A DNA stretch of 64,000 nucleotides from assembly GCA_038087875.1 (NCBI GenBank), contig JAXLNO010000385.1:1-64000 (forward strand), read 5' to 3'. Positions 61,398 to 64,000 of this stretch are shown here, one piece after another. A program made the translations under genes and the position numbers. Under the pieces are notes generated by a model, which was not told the DNA's origin, searched no databases, and saw only the letters and a program-made list of their open reading frames with translations. Each line of letters opens with the position of its first letter. Position 1 is the first letter of the stretch. Origin of the DNA: Malacoraja senta. Lineage: Eukaryota.

Positions 61398-62070
61398 AGG
61401 GCCTGTCCCACTTACGTGTCCTTGGCACGCAAATTACGCGACCTCGTGGTCGCGTTGAGCCGCGACGGTCCCGCGAAGGTCGGGCGCGATTACATGCGCC
61501 CGCACAGCCGTCTGGAGCGCGTGACGTCGTTTGAAGATGGACTGGACACAAAATGCTGGAGTAACTCAGAAGGGACAGGCAGCATCTCTGGAGAGAAGGA
61601 ATGGGTGACGTTTCGGGTCGAGACTCTTCTTCAGTCTGAAAAGAAGGGTCTTGACCCGAAACATCACCCATTCCTTCTCCCCAGGGAAGCTGCCGGTCTC
61701 GCTGAGTTACTCCAGCATTTTGTGTTCATCTTCAATTTTCTTGGACCCGCTCTGGGAGTAGAAGTGGGGGCGGATCCGGACCGCAACGACCGTGAGCCCC
61801 AGGCCGAGCTCGGCGATCGTTTGCCTGCTTCTGCTGCCGTAGGAGGTGAGACGTTGCGTCGCGCCAGGGTCTTGAGCCTGTCCCACTTTGGCCGTCAGTT
61901 CCGCGACAGGCCGGTGGCGCGTGAAGATTTCGTTCGCTACAAAAATGTCGGAGCCCCGCGCGATGTCGCTCACAATTACAGTCCCTTCCGCGCTTCGAAG
62001 TGGGACCGGCCACACGATGCCCGTGCGCCTCAAATTTGAGTGCCGAGGACACGTAAGTGGGACAGGCCCT
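61398..62070. mobile_element. PIF/Harbinger-like MITE with ~30-bp TIRs and TTA target-site duplication
   Basis: TTA|AGGGCCTGTCCCACTTACGTGTCCTTGGCAC ... GTGCCGAGGACACGTAAGTGGGACAGGCCCT|TTA. Confidence 0.88.
61531..61735. mobile_element. ~200-bp palindrome with two back-to-back, outward-facing hammerhead-like cores, nested in the MITE
   Basis: Arms are reverse complements around TTCAGTCTGAA (~61635). Minus core CTGAAGA-A-GAGTCTCGACCC-GAAA-CGTC; plus core CTGAAAAGA-A-GGGTCTTGACCC-GAAA-CATC. Both carry mutations. Confidence 0.82.
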
Positions 62071-62489
62071 TTAGAATCCGGCACCAGAGTGGCACCGTTA
62101 ATGGATTCATTCCACAGTGAGTTCAGTTTGGTAACAACACACGCCGGTAGATCCGCGGCCACTGGTTCATGGGATCGATCCAGTTATTGACCAACAGGCG
62201 GTGGAATCCGACTGTGACGGACTCCACAGTGAGACGCGTCCACAGGAGCGGGTGTTCACTCGGATCAATAACTCAGACACAGTGACCTTCACAATGTAAT
62301 CCCCTCCCAGTCTCACCGTCCCGGAGAGCTGCCTGTCCCGAGCACTGGGACAACTCTGGGCAAGGTCCCACTGAAGGCAGGAACAACATTCTAGTGGGTC
62401 CCGGCAGTGAGTGAAAATGAGGGTTAGTTTCAACTATCTGAAAATAAAAAAAAATCACAGCGTTAATTAAAAAATATTTCACTAAAAGG

Positions 62490-63420
62490 GTTGACAGAAA
62501 TGCTGGAGAAACTCAGCGTGTGAGGAGCATCTATGGAGCAAAGGAAACTGGCGACGTTTCGGGTCGAGACCCTTCTTCAGACTGATGTGGGGGGGGGAGA
62601 AATGAAGAGGCGCGGACAGTGGGCTGTGGGAGAGCTGGGAAGGGGAGGGGAAAGAAGGAGAAAGCAGGGACTATCTGAAATTGGAGAAGTCAATGTTCAT
62701 ACTGTTGGGGTGTAAACTACCCAAGCGAAATATGAGGTGCTGCTCCTCCAATTTGCGCTGGGCCTCACTCTGGCCATTGAGGAGGCCCAGGACAGAAAGG
62801 TCGGATTCGGAATGAGAGGGGGAGTTGAAGTGCTGAGCCACCGGGAGATCGGGTTGGTTATTGCGAACCGAGCGGAGGTGTTCGGCGAAACGTTCGCCCA
62901 AGCCTACGCTTGGTCTCACCGATGTAGAGCAGCTGACATCTAGAGCAGCGGATGCAGTAGATGAGGTTGGAAGAGATGCAGGTGAACCTCTGTCGCACCT
63001 GGAACGACTGCTTGGGTCCTTGGATAAAGTCGACGTGGGATGTAAAGCGACAAGTGTAGCATTTCCTGCGGTTGCAAGGGAAAGTGCCAGGAGAGGGGGT
63101 GGTTTGGATGGGAATGGACGAATTGACCAGGGAGTTACAGGGGGAATGGTCTCTGCGGAAAGCAGACAGGGGAGGAGATGGGAAGATGTGGCCAGCGATG
63201 GGATCCCGTTGGAGGTGGCGAAAATGTCGGAGGATTATTTGTTGTATGTGACGGCTGGTAGGGTGGAAGGTGAGGACAAAGGGGACTCTGCCCTTGTTAC
63301 GAGTGGCGGGATGGGGAGTGAGAGCAGATTTACGGGGTATAGAAGAGACCCTGGTGAGAGCCTCATCTATGGTAGAAGAGGGGAACCCCCGTTCCCTTAA
63401 GAATGAGGACATCTCTGATG
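62490..63420 (-). mobile_element. Penelope-like retroelement 3' portion (RT C-terminus/linker, GIY-YIG endonuclease, terminal repeat), frameshifted
   Basis: CNRRKCYTC linker; LIYCIRC...LLYIGETKR; RFAEHL...PVAQHF; RKLEEQHLIFRL...PNSMN. Confidence 0.92.
62549..62584 (-). ncRNA. Minimal type I hammerhead ribozyme motif in the Penelope terminal repeat
   Basis: Minus strand GU-CUGAAGA-A-GGGU(CUCG)ACCC-GAAA-CGUC-GC: intact CUGANGA and GAAA boxes, stem II, loop-less CG stem III and GUC triplet. Sense to the Penelope ORF. Activity not demonstrated. Confidence 0.72.
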
Positions 63421-63459
63421 CCTCTAAAAGTGTTAAAATACTTTACATATTCTTTACAT

Positions 63460-63733
63460 AAGGGTTTGGACACACTAGAGGCAGGAAACATGTTCCCGAT
63501 GTTGGGGGAGTCCAGAACCAGGGGCCACAGTTTAAGATTAAGGGGTCGGCCATTTAGAACGGAGACGAGGAAACACTTTTTCTCACAGAGAGTGGTGAGT
63601 CTGTGGAATTCTCTGCCTCAGAGGGCGGTGGAGGCAGGTTCTCTGGATGCTTTCAAGAGAGAGTTAGATAGGGCTCTTAAAAATAGCGGAATCGGGGGAT
63701 ATGGGGAGAAGGCAGGAACGGGGTACTGATTGA
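63460..63733 (+). mobile_element. CR1 LINE 3' fragment
   Basis: KGLDTLEAGNMFP...TRGHSL...FFSQRVVSLWNSLP. Confidence 0.9.
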
Positions 63734-63734
63734 G

Positions 63735-64000
63735 GATCATGGATCATCATGGATCATGGATCATGGAAACGTTATTGTCATTCAGACCTTTCGGTCTGAA
63801 CGAAATTTCGTTGTCTTGCAGTCATACATATAATAAAATAACAAAACACACAATAAACACAAATTTAACATCCACCACATTGAGTTCACCAGACACCTCC
63901 TCACTGTGATGGAAGGCAACAATCTTAAGTCTTTGTCTCTTCCCTCCTTGTTCTCCCTCTGCGCGAAGGCGATCCAGGCCTCCGATGTTGTGACCCCCAC
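63735..64000 (-). mobile_element. 3' part of a second copy of the SINE-like element at 54150-54906, with a (CCATGAT)n tail
   Basis: CAGACCTTTCGGTCTGAACGAAATTTCG...GTGATGGAAGGCAA...CCAGGCCTCCGATGTTGTGA shared with 54188-54400. Confidence 0.85.

Overview
Eukaryotic, repeat-saturated vertebrate DNA. The repeat families (V-SINE/HE1-like SINE, CR1, L1/Tx1-like, Rex1/Babar, L2 and Penelope elements) and the GPCR type point to a cartilaginous fish, probably a skate or ray; this is an inference. Only two host protein-coding loci are supportable: two paralogous minus-strand class A GPCR genes of the GPR139/GPR142-like type. One is reconstructed here as a complete two-exon, 331-aa gene (33711-33642 + 29056-28131); the other shows its long exon only (61015-60132). 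The rest comprises an 8.5-kb compound GATA/GATG/GACA microsatellite, decayed LINEs (including a near-full-length L1-clade element at about 38.2-44.5 kb and a CR1 with an esterase ORF1 at about 9.0-12.5 kb), Harbinger-like MITEs, Helitron-like non-autonomous elements, a near-identical 3.6-kb tandem duplication and a Penelope 3' end. Two structures stand out. (i) A roughly 14-kb block (8.5-22.2 kb) whose ends are diverged inverted copies of a spliced, polyadenylated, apparently non-coding module, enclosing a 23-bp minisatellite organised as repeated fold-back units. (ii) Hammerhead-ribozyme motifs in the Penelope terminus that recur as free-standing palindromic elements, one with two back-to-back hammerhead cores. 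Almost all long ORFs in the supplied track over 1-25 kb, 36-38 kb and 58-60 kb are by-products of simple repeats. Repeat boundaries were read by eye and are approximate.
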